Below are positions 12,667-26,609 of a DNA stretch of 64,000 bases, one piece after another (position 1 is the stretch's first letter; every line of letters starts with the position of its first letter). The notes beneath the pieces are model-generated. The model saw only the letters and a list, made by a program, of their open reading frames with translations, made no database searches and was not told the origin of the DNA. Source of the stretch: Camelus ferus (Eukaryota); the NCBI RefSeq assembly GCF_009834535.1, contig NC_045697.1, positions 55,678,001 to 55,742,000 on the forward strand. Direction: 5' to 3'. The position numbers and the translations under genes were made by a program.

Positions 12667-15600
12667 TCAAGAAGACACATAGTATTGTATTGAAGGAGGG
12701 GCTGCCCCTCAACACTTGTTGGAAATGAATACCTTGATGCTCTACCCCGCATTGTTAGCTACAGAGGTTTAAATCCCCTGATGGACACACCTTGGAGATC
12801 AAGCTGGATCAAACAGAATGAAGTGGTAAAAGCTGTTGGAGGGAATGCTCATGTTTGACAGAGCATGCACTGCCCAGTGAAGGTGGGTCTATGGACAGAA
12901 GAGGCAATGATGCCTGACGGAAATATCTATACTCAGAATAGCCACCTATTAGCAGACATGGGGAGTAGAGCCTAATAAAGTCAAGTGGAAGTCACTTTTC
13001 ATCAAAGACATTTTATCAAGGCACCTTCATGTAGTTTAACAGATACTGGAAGCCTTGGATCAGAGGTAGGGGCAGGATAACTCGCATTGGGAATAGAGAG
13101 AAAAAGAACTGCAGACACACAAAAAAGCATAATTCATGAGCATACAATGAGAATATTTTACTAAAGGGATCCTAGGGAAAAAAATGTAGAAACTATTATT
13201 AGTGAATCAATGACCTGTAATTGTAGGTTGTTACAAGAATCACTGAAATACTGATTTTAAAATGACTCTATTTAGACTTCTGGGCAGTTTACCTTGAGAA
13301 AAAGTTTATAATATTGTGTTAATATTCTTAAATTCATATCAACTTCATTCTGATTCTTCACACATTATAAGAAGAAAGCTGATTTAGTGTATAAATCAGA
13401 TTATCCTAGTCAAGTAGTCTCATATTGGGAAGACACTTGGATTGCCACCTCTAACTCCATCAAGATTCCCCATCTATCCTGCCAGTTAACGGTCTAGTAG
13501 CCATGGAAAGCCACAGAACATCTGTTTTGGGTGTTTTTTTTTTCACGTTTTGTTGCTGCTCTTGATGTTGATTAACACTGAGTGACTGACAGTGACATAC
13601 TCACAACTGCTCTCTATGAAAAAAAATATAAATAAGCAGCTAGCTATGGGCTGAATAGAAGGAAGAGAATGCTTACAAGTTCCAGGGCACTTTGAATGGC
13701 ATGAGTCAAATGGTAAAGCTAGCTGCTTTATTGTTTGGGGTCCAGAATCAGCACTGGGCTTAGTAGGTAATCACAGATCCAGTGTTGTAAGGAGATGAAA
13801 CCAAGTGGCAAATCAAGAGTGATCTGCACACTGTTAGTAGAAACTATTGTTTGTTCTTCACTGTCTTGTTTTCTGTTCTTTTTAAAAAATAATGAACATT
13901 ATTGTTTTAAAAAAATACAAACATGACAGGCTACGTCATAGAGAAAGTTGAGTACAGAGGTTAACAAAACTGAATGAAAAGGAGACTTAGAGTCAAAAAT
14001 TGGTCGTGCAGTAAGTGGCTTTTGAAAGGACATTCTACCCAAATGTGTTCTGTTACTGATTTATTGTTTCAGCTTCCTGTTCATGAATAGTGTTTCCCAT
14101 CTCACAGTAAAGAATTTAAAGTCCCTGAGTTGCTTCTAGTAAACTGGGTCAGGAGACTAGATATTGCAGATTTGGAACAGTTAATTGATGGTAGGGGTTC
14201 TGAGCTAAGGTGACAGTGATGAGAACTGAAGGGAATGGAATGATGAGAAAGGTGTTTCAAAGATAAAATATATCTCCTGATTTGAATCCTGAATACTATC
14301 CCTTTCAAAATCAAAATGACAGATTTCACAAACAAAATATATTCTATAATATGAAAGTTTACTGGATAAAAGTCCTTTCATAAACACCCTAGAATACGAA
14401 AATGAAAAATCTACTTAAATATGGATCAACATACTTATATTTGTAATGGTATATTTATAGACTCAGCAAACTTGTTTAATATATGAAATTTTAAGTGTGG
14501 AATTTAAGGTGGATAGCTACTAGATTTTTGAAGTCTTATGGAGGGTAAAATATGTGGCAACACCCTATACAAATGCTATTTTTGACAGCTGTATTTTTTT
14601 TTTTTTTACTAAGTATTTGCTTTTCAGACCTCTAGATCTGCTCCATGTATAAAGTCAACTACTGAGTTTTCACTAGACATCCCTCAAAACTTTCAGCAAG
14701 AAACTTAACCTTTCATAGATGCTATTCTGTTGAAACTCTTCTTATATCCTCTGTGTGGATAAATTGTTTTAAATAAGACAGCCAGAAATCAATCAATTAC
14801 CACACTGAATGTTTAAAAGAAAAGTGTAACTAGGAAGCTGAATTCCTCTTTGGTACTCAGTGATTTTAGGATCTTCAGTTCAAAACCTTGATTTATATAC
14901 TCAAATTTCATTTATGCTATCGTTTAGCAAATCTGTCTATTTGCATAAATTGCAGTCTCTTTCTCAAGGTTCCACCAGGCAAGGAGTTCAAACATACCTT
15001 CAAAAGTCAACACATTACTCTAGACTACAGTTAACTGTCATTATTATGTCCCCTTTTTTCTAAGTGTGCATAACACATTTTAGAAGTAGGATAACCAGAA
15101 ATTCCAAACTGACCATGACAATAATGAACATTTTCCCAGAATTCATTAAAAAGTTATTTTTTACAAATCATTTGTCAATAGTATTCTCTTTCATCATCTT
15201 TTAATATTAATTTGTATATATGTATTTTTTTTCCTTTATCCTAGAAACGAGAACAAACCTTGAAGCCAGCCCCAGCTCTGAAAATCATCACTATAGTGTG
15301 AACACATTACAGGCTTTTCTCAACATCCCTTTATCACTATTTTATAACAGAAACTTTGATTACCCTATGGAAAAAGAAAGCCAAACACAATGTAATGGAT
15401 TTTGACATAAAACTTAACATTTAGATGGATCCAGGTTTTCTACCCAAAGCAGTAAGTCACAAGAAGTTCGCCACAACTGAATTAGTCTCTTTGTTTTATG
15501 GCTAAAATTTATGTCTCTTATTCAATGGTAACTTCTCTTCCCCTTGTGTTCCCTTTGAATAATTCTCATACATAAAAACACACTAAAACACTTGAGACAT

Positions 15601-15819
15601 GCCTTTAGTTCTCTACTTTAAATGTTCCATTAATCTTATGGTGAAAGTAACCATAAAGCATAAAACACTTCACTCAATACAGGTTAACTGCTTTCTCAGA
15701 CAGTTATCAGTATCAAGTTTTATTATCTGGTTTGCCTGCAGTTAATTTTAAGGTAAATATATTTTTTCCTTTTCTTAAATGGTAGCAACAATTTAGTATT
15801 TTTCAAGTAGTAAATACAC

Positions 15820-16330
15820 TCTCGTTCATTTATTGCATCTAGGAAATGACAAGCACTATATGAAGCACTGAGGATAAGGAAGGAAGTCAAGTCTCTGTCT
15901 TCCACAGGACACCCCCAAGATTGGCTGGGAAGATGAACAGCTAAAATTTCAATGTAGTATAAATAATGGTTTTGAAGAAGGCAGGCTACATATGCTGTCA
16001 GAGAATATCCAAGAAACAAGACTGGAGTTTAACAAGGAGTCAAAGTTTTATTAGAGAAAGCAATAACAGGATGAAGGGAAGAGAGAACATTCTTAGGAAC
16101 AGAGAAGAAGAAATGATAATACACCTAAGTATGCTTCTTAGTACTTCCTTCACTGCCTTCTCCTCTGTATTGACCCAGTTACTGCAGTGAAGTCCCAACG
16201 GTTTCTCCCTTCTTCCTCCTCACAGCCCACAAAAAAATAAAAAAGAAAAGAAAAGAAAATGAGTTACCAATTGTGGTAACAAAGAAGAACATATTGGCCC
16301 AGTGAATTCTGCAGTAAATAGACCAGATGA
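15820..16330 (-). mobile_element. L2 3' fragment
   Basis: ttcatttattg...aagcactatatgaagcactgaggata...gtctctgtcttcc resembles the reverse-strand L2 tail. Confidence 0.5.
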
Positions 16331-17334
16331 GGTTACAACTGAGAGACCATGAAGACAGATGAAGAAAATTAAAGAAAATATAAAGTTTTGGGAGAATGAC
16401 CTACTGTTCAGAGTATCTGGTGACTAAGTGGAAGCGGACTCAACCATTATCCCTCTTGTCTTAAAATCTCCTTCAAACTTGGGGACCAGCCAGAGGCCTA
16501 TTGGTTATATAAGTTTCAGAGACATTAATTGTTCTTAGAGATCCTACCTAGCCTCAGACCAATTAACACATGCATATTTTCTACTGCTAAATTATTCTTT
16601 GAACTTGTTCAAGTCACAGATAATTAAGTCACAGGCATGAAAAGCACTTTTCTACCAAGACCTTGGATGGAATAATTGTCTAAGCAAAACAAAAACAAAA
16701 ACAAAAACACATACACACAAGTGAAAAATCAAAGATACAAGAGAAAACATTTGATGGGTTTGGGTTATTGCTACATATGGTAGGAAGTGTGTACCTTCAT
16801 GAGTAAGGCTGAGTTTTTTTGTGTACCTAGCTAAAGTGTTTGGATTTTCTCTCTTGGCCCCATATTTTCAAATATCTCCTCTAAGGTACCCCTTAAAACT
16901 GAGCTGAGATAACACAAACCACATTGGCTCTGGGGATATTGCCCAAAGTTCAGAACATGTTGATACAAAAATGTCACTTCTTTGAAAACTCATGCTTTAC
17001 CCTTAGGATTTTTCTATATTTTGGATTTATTCCTTAGTACATAAATAGTAACTCTAATTTTAATTTCTTTAAAGTAAAACAGATTTGCAAAAGATATGTC
17101 ATGATGACCCGGGAGCTTTAACTATGGACACACACTATCTTCATTTTACCCTATACTGAAAAGCACATAAAACTTTTGAGTTTAGAGAAGATATTGAAAG
17201 GATTTCAGAAAACAAGTCACATCATTGTATTTGCGATTCAAGAAATGACACTTATGGTAAGGAAACTGACATTATTGGAACATGAGATGAACTTATAAGA
17301 CTGAATCAACACAAAGATATTGTGCACATACAAC

Positions 17335-17780
17335 TGTATCAGTTCAAAGTATTCAGGGATATACTGAGTTGGAGTTAGGGGTGCAAGAGGTCCACTTGGG
17401 GTAATACCCATGAATAACTAAGGGGGAGGAAGCAGGGTTTTTCAGTGAAAGGCTTCAGGTAGCAACTCTGATCTGGCACCTGTGATAGAGAAGGGGTTAA
17501 GGTGGAGAATGCAGAGAGAACCTTAGGCTGTGATGAAGATCTAACAGGGTTTCTGCCCCAAAACAGGGAGCTCTAGAACAAAGGTGGTCTTAAAGGAGCC
17601 TGGTGCTGCCAAGAAATGGCCAAGCCTCAGTACTCCTGCTGCACTCATCTACTGCCTGGGCCTCCCTCTGAAGAGCCTGGCCTTGATAGAAAGCAGCAGA
17701 AGATTCTCAAATTGCTGGAGCTGGAGGCAGGTTCTTTTTTTGAAGGGATAACTGAGTGGTGCACTTCCGGGGCTGCCACA
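17335..17780 (-). mobile_element. LTR33-family LTR (3' LTR of the adjacent ERVL provirus)
   Basis: tgtatcagttc...ggagttaggggtgcaagagg...ctggcacctgtgatagagaagggg...ggggctgccaca with TG..CA termini. Confidence 0.75.
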
Positions 17781-20700
17781 GATCAACGTTTATGATGCAT
17801 GGACCCACTTCTTCATATGCATATGGAGAGAAACTCCAACAGGTTTCTAGTGGCCCTCATTTCCTAAGGGGAGACTTAGAAGTTAGAAGGCCTTAATTAC
17901 TACTCGCCACCTTTTTCCTTCAATATTCCTTCCAAAGTTCCTTCCCCCTCAGCTATATTTTTGCTGGTTTTGGTGACTTACCTAGTGGAGTGTCACATAT
18001 TTTCATTCCCAAAGGAATGCAATTCCCCTGTGTAAAATCCTGTGCCCAGGAATGAGGCCCTTTTAAGTCTTTAGGCAGTGATACCAGCTGAGGCACTTTC
18101 AGCAGAAAATACAAACCCATTCCCAGGACAGATGCCTATTGTTTCGAGAACAAATTGCAGGCCCTTTCAAATGAGAGGGACCCAGTAAAGCAAACTTACA
18201 ACCAGGTAGCTAGTTGGTTCTTTTGAGGAATGGTAATATCAAGGGTTCATCATTTGTTTCTGTTGCTGGCATGTTGGGCATTCAGAAGACGCAATAACTA
18301 GATAAGCCTTGGTAAGTAGGAACCCATGCTGATGGGCCCATGCAATCTCTACTGCTGCCACCACTGATGCTCCATTTGTGGGCCTCATAATGAGAAGTGT
18401 TTCAGTCCACCCTTCTTCACTGAAATTGAACATAAACACCCCCCCCCCCAAATCAAAGGCCACATCCCATGTATTCAGACTGTATTAAGCTGCTCTAATA
18501 AAGATACTAAATGTATCCTGGCTATTGAAATTGGGGCTATCACATGGTTGAGCTTGCAGTAATCCACAGGAATTCTCCAGAATTCTCTAGACTGGCAAAG
18601 TAAATGAAGGTATTATAAAGGACAACGACTGTGCATTCTTGAGATACTTAGAAGTGACTAAACATCATTTCACCTGCCCCTGCCCACACACAAGGCTGTT
18701 ACTTTTTTTTCATTTACTCCCTTGGAAGTTGAGGTTTCAGAAGGTCCCATTTGACCTTTCTCACTATAATAGGTTTACTTCACAGACCAAGAGCCTAATA
18801 TAAAGGTTGCTTTGCAGAAACAGACTCTAAGAATAGAGAACAAATTTGTGGTTACCAGGGTGGGAGGAAGGTTGGAGGGGATAAATTGTGAGAGATTTGC
18901 AGATACTAACTGATATATATAGAATAGATAAACAATTTCATGCTGTATAGTGCAGGGAACTATATTTGATATCTTGTAGTAACATGGTGAAAAAGAATAT
19001 GAAAAAGAATAAATTTATGTTCATGTATGACAAGCATTATGCTGTATACCAGAAATTGACACAACATTGTAAACTGACTATACTTCAGTAAAAAATATAT
19101 ACATACAAAGGCTGCTTAAACTGCCAAGTATGTCAATCTCAATTACATATTCAGAGTTTTGGGAACTGACCAACAAATGAGTATGTGTAACTTGGAGGCT
19201 CACTGTAGATGAGACTTTAGCCAGGCCTTCATGTTGTACATGATTCTAATATGCCAGCATTTTTTCTGAGAACTATGATAATGTTTAGAGTCTGAGTATT
19301 AATATCATCTGAGACCCTGTTTTCAGTAGTTATTAAAATGTCTGTTATTCCCCTTTCCCCAGCATAGGGTACATATGAGTGAAGAATGCCTTTAGGGTAT
19401 ATGAAGGAAAGACACATATACTACTCTGTGGTTGCAGAGTCTTTCCTCTTGGGGACCAGTCACCATTTAATTCAACAGTTTAAGCTCTGAAAAGTGTCTT
19501 ATTCCCAGGAATTAGGTAAGGGGCCTTGAACTTTTATTGAGGTAACCACCCTTGGACTCCTACTTATCCAGTTTTCCATTCTTTTATGTATATCATGCAG
19601 AACCTGACTGGCTGCCCACTTATTTTGCCCTCAGGGATGCCAAAGTCTAGTCTTTATTTGCCTAATCCTATATGGGTACAGTTACCGTAACAGCAACTCT
19701 CACCATGCTGGTATGGTAACTGTGACCACCCGGTGTCTGGCATTTTAGCATGACCATTTGGTATCTATTTCTTTGAGGCCCATCATCCTGAAACCAACTA
19801 AGCTGTGTGACAGCCTTTCCTGCCATTAGCCCTAGCTATAGAGAAGGGCCAACCAACACTGAATGTCTTAGTGAAACTGATGCATCTGTCACCAGCTCAT
19901 TATGACTTTAGTGAATGGGGTAGAGGTTCTTCTGCCCTAAGGTAATATAAACACTTTGCCATGCCCACTTTCCTGGGCCTTTTAATCCCTCTCACTAGCA
20001 CCTGCTATAGAAATCCAAATATTTTCATATCACTCAACAAGGCCTACATTTTCTCCATTTCATCCAAACTGCTCATTAGCATCTACTTCTGGGTTTCTTA
20101 CCAAGGTATTATATACTGTATCTCAGAATTATCCTCAAATCAATAAATTCTCTTTTCCAATCTTACATTTCAGGTCCCCTTGGTTATCAAGCATCCTCTT
20201 AATCCAGTTGCACTGGCACTCCTAGCTCCTGATGAGATGTGCTGGCTAACTTTTCAGCTCCTTTGGGTCACTGAGTCTTTTCTCCGTCATCAGGTCTAGC
20301 ATATGCCTGGCTGGATTATGCTACAGTTGGCAGTAACCAAAGAGTTGGGAAAAGATCTTAAGAGACCAGAATCTTTTATGTTGTGGGAAAGAGGCCTCTT
20401 CAGTGGCTTTCTATTCAAGGAAAGCAACAGGTTTTTATGAGCTAAGGGTGGACCACTTCTGCAAATTTAGGACTTAGAAGACAGGGGAGCCAAATCTTGG
20501 GTATATGTATGCAGATGCCCCCATGCCTGAATGCCTGAAATTTTGAACCAGGACCCTAACTTGAGCATAACAGACCTTCATCAGCTGTTGATTCCATGGG
20601 TCTTTGAAACTCAGGGACTCTAAATACTAAATCCTGAGTTTAGTCTTTACATTTTCCTGCTCTCCTCTTACAACAGACAAGTGCCTCTTTGTAAGCTACC

Positions 20701-20910
20701 AAAAGGCCCTTGACCTTCACACTTAGTCTTCAATATTTGTATTAACAGTTCTGCTTTTCATTTGCTGTAGGATGTCAATACAACTGAGGATCAGTCACCC
20801 AATTCCATTGCCCTTGTATGCATTGCACACCCCCCCAAACCTTTTCAAACTCCTAAATTATTGTACTGAACAAGATAGTTTCTTCCACTGGAACATTCTC
20901 CCAAGTATTT
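17781..20910 (-). mobile_element. ERVL-class internal region (ERV3-16A3-like), heavily deleted gag/pol remnants
   Basis: Minus-strand AWAHQHGFLLTKAYLVIASSECPTCQQQ (ERVL integrase zinc-finger, within ORF 18239-18463) and gag-like AYKEALVCCKRRAGKCKD*TQDLVFRVPEFQR at ~20600-20697. Confidence 0.8.
18813..19106 (+). mobile_element. Short L1 3'UTR insertion (cetartiodactyl/camelid type) within the ERVL
   Basis: cagaaacagactc...aatttgtggttaccag...gaaattgacacaacattgtaaactgactatacttca; TSD aaaggttgctt (18802-18812) and aaaggctgctt (19107-19117), one mismatch. Confidence 0.9.
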
Positions 20911-23144
20911 GAAAGTTTATAAAGTAATTATACATTATAAAGTCCATTTCCTGATTTTGACATTCAGTTGTAAATTTTCCAACTGTTGAAAAAGTTCACC
21001 AAATTATGTATATGAAAAAATAACAGATGCAAATATGATCTCTAATATTGACCATTACAATGAAGTAATTTTCCAAAATAGTACATGTTTTACATAAATG
21101 CAGAAGCCAAAACAATGAGCTAAAAAAACATAATGAATTTATATTATGGGAGTTTTAATTAAGAATTCAAAAACAGAAAACCAAAGTAATTATTCAAGAG
21201 TAAAGCATAACTTATAAGTGACTGGAGATGCTAAGTAGATAAATATTATATTTCTTAAAAATACAAATGCATGGGATTATATATTCAAATACTGCTAAAA
21301 CTCTACCATATTATAAGAAAAGCAAATAAAAGTTCTTTCCCAGTGAATTGCCTTCTCTTTACAGACATATCCTTGAAAGATTAGGGGATATTAATGATTA
21401 AATGATTAAAATTGTTTATCTAAGTAGGATCATTGTGTAAAATTCTATCTGATGATAATTGCATAGTCATATATAAATTTTAATGCACTTTTACAGTATT
21501 GCAAGGGGAATGTATTATTTCTGTACATTTGTGTAGATTTTTCTGTACCCTTTTAGTAATTGCCAAAAGTAAAAAGAAGTAGGAGGAGCAGGAGGAAAGT
21601 GAGGAGGAAAAAGAACATGAAAGTATAAGAAAAACAAAGACAAAGGACGAATTATCAGGCAAGAATAAATGTATCTCTAATATAAGATTTTTTGGGACAA
21701 GTAGAATATGAAGATGACAATAATGAAGTTGATGATTTAAACAAAAGAAAATGAAGTTGACTGGAAAAAATTGAAAACAGCAGTTTTTGGTATTTTTCAA
21801 TACAAATATTTATATTACTGCCATTAGGAAGGAAAACTTTTTTCCAGATTAGCTGGGAAAATGTGGGCTTACCTGAGGATGAAAGAACTTGATGAAAATA
21901 ACTGAAATTAGCTCATGGATATCTATTACTTCAATAGTCCCCAACTACACTAAAGTCACAGTTAATTTCTCAATTTGATAGAAATATGTTTGCATGTGTG
22001 AGCAAATACAAATTCTTACAAGTTAATGCCAGAAGCATAGAAGTTCTTTGTCTAAAGATCACATTTTTAAATAAAATTATATTGGTATAGATAATTATAT
22101 TTAATATATTACTATATATTTACTATATTACTAATATAAAATTAGAAGTTTATGTGTAAATTTTCATGTTAGTTTTTTATTTTGAATATTTTATGTTAGT
22201 ATTAATTTATAAACAACTATTAGGTTATTAATTTTGGTCAATATTATGCTTTTAGTGTATATATATTTTGTATTTGAAATATATTAAGTAGCTTTATTGA
22301 TTTTATTTTATATTATGAATTCTAAATAAATTTGATTTCTGAACATTTATAAATTAGATTATTTTGTTATAATCTCTAACCTCTAATTCTGAGCACTTTT
22401 AAATTTAATATTGACATAGATTTTCGTTCTGCTTTTTAGTCACTCCAAAAAGAGGGACAAGTAACAATGGATGGTGCTAGCCACTGCATTATTAATGCAC
22501 AAGGACATACTCAGAATTGTTATCAAAGGAAGTGGCTGAACACTGGCCATATATTAGAACAGATGTTCATGATGATTATCTAGTATCTCATTGTCTGAAA
22601 TACTTTCTTATTTTATATATAAATTTAAAAATTCTGATATTTTTGGCAAAGTTATTTCAAGCTAATTAAAATAGGCTATTTTTCCCCAATTGTATGAATT
22701 TACTCAGTAAATTTCTCTCTGCCTGAAATCCTTTCCCTCTGGGTAGCACTATTCCTTCTCCTTTCTCGTGATAAATTATAGACACTTTAATTTTTCACTG
22801 TACTACAGTTTTCCAAATTTATTCCTTCAAAAACATTGAAATGTGAGGATTCAGACAAATAACACAAGTTTCCTTGCCTTTAATGATCTCATAACAGAGG
22901 TGAGAAACATACAAACCAATTATCATTGGATATGAATGTTATATAAAGGTTTCTGAAGTGAGACTATAAAGGCCAGGATGGTGTTGCAGAGGAGACCTTT
23001 GTGGTAGTTTAAAAAACAACCGCTTCTCTAAGGAGCAGCAGTGATGTCAGAGCTAACAGAGCTTCTGGTATCCTAGGTACGGATAACCTGACGTTTAGGG
23101 CGTAACATTTGAAGGCTGTTCTGGTGCTTTGGTTTGATTCAGGG

Positions 23145-23325
23145 TAATGTTCCTCAAAGTGAGTTTCTTGCACCAGCAGCATCATCTGGGACTTGTTAGA
23201 GATGCAAATTCTCAGGCACCACCCCAGACCTAGCAAACCAGAGGAAACTGGGAGTGGAACCCAGCTGTCTGTCATTCAGCGAGTGCTCCAAGTGATTCCA
23301 ATGGACACTAAAATTTGAAGATCGA
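23145..23325 (+). mobile_element. MER5A hAT-Charlie MITE
   Basis: ctcaaagtg...accagcagcatcatctgggacttgttagagatgcaaattctcaggcaccaccccagaccta...aagtgattc...cactaaaatttga. Confidence 0.9.
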
Positions 23326-23369
23326 GACTATTTCAGGCTGCCTTTAAGACTAAATTTAGCCCTTAAGTA

Positions 23370-23415
23370 AGAGAGAGAGAGAGGAGAGAGAGAGTGAGTG
23401 TGTTTGTTTGTGTGT
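23370..23415. repeat. (GA)n/(GT)n-like compound simple repeat
   Basis: agagagagagagaggagagagagagtgagtgtgtttgtttgtgtg. Confidence 0.8.
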
Positions 23416-24177
23416 TCCTATGTCTTTGCATAATGTCAGCAACCCTAGCTGACCTTGGCATAGTTAAACTAATAGCCATAGACATTGCCAATACCATCAA
23501 AAGTATCTGATCCTAAAGGATTTTTTTTTCCAGTTTGTTTTCCAGCTGCATGTGATGAGCCTACGAATCATTTCTCCTGGGTTCTTACCCCCACTTTGTT
23601 TAAACCTCAGCCGCTACTGATCTAATCCTGCTCAAATTTGCTGATTTCATCTTATGCTTTGTATCTTGTCTCTGATTTGACACAGGTGCTGATGCTAGTA
23701 ACTAATCCTCTGGTTGCTATACTATTAGCACAGCAAGGCACTACACCGAAGAGGAAGTTTGAGCCATTTGATATATTTGTATATTATCCTCCCTTAGGGA
23801 ATGGAAAATCTGTGTGGGAGAAGATTATGCTTTATATACTTGTATTCTACTCATTAACCACCACAGTGAAGTTCAGTAAAACCTATAACATATTCACTGT
23901 GCAAAAAACTTTGGTTTTACCTCCACTTTGATTTGACAAACTGTTTTGTTTCTATTTTACTTCATTTTCTGGTAAAATAAATCATAAAACCAAGTGGCTG
24001 TAGAACAATGAACTATGTAATTGTTCATCACATTGAGTTCTTATATTCACTATTTTTCAATCTGTCATTAAATTAGTTACCTTCTATCTATAAATCTGCA
24101 AGCTGTTACAACTCTTAAACGCCACCTCTGAGACTCAAGAGCTTACTGCAAAATTTGATGAAACTGTCTTATGGTAC

Positions 24178-24672
24178 TATGGTAGATGAAACACAGCCAT
24201 AGATTGTATATAGCTCTTCTCATTAGAAGTGGAGCCTGTTCCCCAATCCCTTAAATCCTGGCAGCCCTTATAACCTGCTTTGAACAATAAACAGTTGCAG
24301 AAGAGACATTGTGTGGGTTCTGGAGCCCAGGTCTTGTAAGGTTTTGCAACTTCTACCTTGACCCTCTTGAAACAGTTCTAACCACATATAAATAACCCCA
24401 TTCTTACCTCCAGTAAGTTGAGAGGCTCTGCAGAGAAGAAGCGAGGCACCCAAATGGACAGTCAGCCAGCAGCAGTTCTGAGACGTGTGACTGAAGCCAT
24501 CTTTAATCTCCCAGGTCAGCTGATCCTCTTGCCGAAGGTAGGCACGTGAGTGAGCCCAGGTGCAACCAAAAGAAGAAATGACAGGCTAAACAGCTGAATT
24601 GGGAGAAATAATAAATTAGCTTTAACTCAAAATGTTTGGGACAGTTGGTGTTGCATCAACATTAATCTAAAA
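24178..24672 (+). mobile_element. MLT1H-like MaLR LTR
   Basis: aagtggagcctgttcccc...acctgctttgaacaata...gtgtgactgaagccatctt...gtgagtgagcccagg...gagaaataataaat. Confidence 0.8.
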
Positions 24673-25369
24673 TTTAAAAATACTACTTATATTTTGAACT
24701 TGCAAAATAATTTTCTATAATTTATTTTTGGTTTATATGCCAGTAATTGTTGATCAGACATTTTAAAGGAAGACTTTCAAATTTGATTTTGTTAAAACTT
24801 TTTTTTTTTAAGTAATTAAAGGACAAGCACTAGAACATATGTTATTAATGATCTAGGAAAATCTGGTCTCATTGCCAACTATGTACTTCCAAAGAAAGAT
24901 TCTATCATTCTAACTACTATTCCTCTGTTTTTTTCTTTGGCAAGGTCATAGTTAATGGGCTTCTCACTGTGTATCTGAAATATGATGACAATTAAAGAGA
25001 AATCCCTTTCAAGCACATGTGGCATTATAAAAATGACTTCCAAATAGCAAACTGACATAACACTTATGTCTGGGATATATTAAATGCTTAAGCTATTTGC
25101 TTTTTTCCCTCAGGAGTACGGTTTGATGACTCTATCTGTTAAAATGTAAATAGAGAAGTCACATTATTCATTTTATTGGTTATGTTTTATGTATCAATTA
25201 TATCTATTATTTTATTTGTAATCCAAATTTTATGAGATACTTAATACATTCATGCAACAGCTCAGATAATAAGTACAGGGCTAAAAACTGTCATAGCATA
25301 TTATTTAGGAACACAACACAAAAATCTTCTCTATAATTTCATATTAAACCAGTTAAAATAATTTTCAAA

Positions 25370-26215
25370 CATTGTTCATTTACATAATTTTATTTAAACA
25401 TAAGTTTTGAATCATACCATGTGCCAGGTAACTATTCTCAGTACCAGACACAGAAGTGAACAAAAAACCCAAAACCTCCCTACCATGGGAACTTACATTC
25501 TAAAGTAGGGGAAGACAGGCAATAAATAATATAAGTAAGTACATTACACAAAATGTGTTCATATAATCTTACACATGTTGGGTGGTAAAGACATGTTAGA
25601 TGTTTAGTGGTAATAAGAGTTGTACGGAAAGTAGAATAGGAAATGGGCATAAAGATTGAAGTTTATGTGGAGGAAGATGGAGCAGAGCTATTTTGGGTAG
25701 ATTTGTCATGGAAAGCCTCATTGAAAATATGGCATTTCAGCAAAAACTTACTAGAGGCAAGAAATAAATCTATCTGAGTATCTAGAAAGGGTCCAATTTA
25801 GAAGGAAGAGTAAGCACAAAGAGTTGAAACAGAAGTGTGATCAAGGAACCTCTGGGAGGTCAATACAGATGAAAAATAGTATGTGATGCTAAATATAATA
25901 GATGCATTTGGAGATAGACAAGGCCAGATCATCTACAGTCTTGTAGACTTGTAAAGACTTTTACTCTGCTCAGAGTGGATGAAAAGTGATTTAGAGTATT
26001 TTAAAAAGAGTATTCTTTTGATTTCATTTTACTTTTAAATGATTACTGTGATAACTCTATAAAAGAAATTTGGACTAATGTATAGGGCAGAGGGTAGAGG
26101 TAAAGAGTATGATTTCTAAGTGTAGTTTAAGAACTAAGCCCAACGTGATCTACTGATGGAGTAAATGAGAGATGTGAGTCAGGGAAGATGAGGATAACTC
26201 CAAATTGTTTATTTA
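25370..26215 (-). mobile_element. L2a/b LINE 3' part
   Basis: taccatgtgccagg...gtgaacaaaa...acttacattcta...ggaaagcctcattgaaaat...ggccagatcatctacagtcttgtagac...gaggataactccaa. Confidence 0.8.
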
Positions 26216-26319
26216 AAATGCCATGGATATGTTTCCATGATATGACCATCTGTATAATCATTTCTCATATGACATAATGCTAAATGGTTTATAAATGGTC
26301 ACAACCATTTCCATACGGC

Positions 26320-26580
26320 TGAATATTTGTCACATTTTAATAAACATATGTTTCCTGAGCATCCAAATGAGAAACTGTGTTAGGCTCAAAAATGTATGAG
26401 ACATATTCCCTGTCCTTGAGTAGACTACAAATCTAGTGTGAGAGACAAGCACATATAAAAAAAATACTTTCGGTGTAGTGTAGGAAGTGATAAGATACAA
26501 ACATAATGATACTTAAACAGAAATAAAGTACAGTGATCTGAACATATGGAAGACATAGGAGTTAATTTCAAGGTTGTGCA
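26320..26580 (-). mobile_element. L2c-like 3' fragment
   Basis: ttcctgagcatcc...actgtgttaggctc...tccctgtccttgagtagactacaaatctagtg. Confidence 0.55.
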
Positions 26581-26609
26581 AGCTTTTCAGATAAAATATA
26601 TAAATTTAT

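Noticed and set aside
14600..14720. Plus-strand acceptor-like tttgcttttcAG
   Set aside because: No matching donor or recognisable coding frame downstream
18239..18463. Integrase-like ORF as a domesticated gene
   Set aside because: Only the zinc-finger tail survives and the surrounding pol sequence is deleted and disrupted
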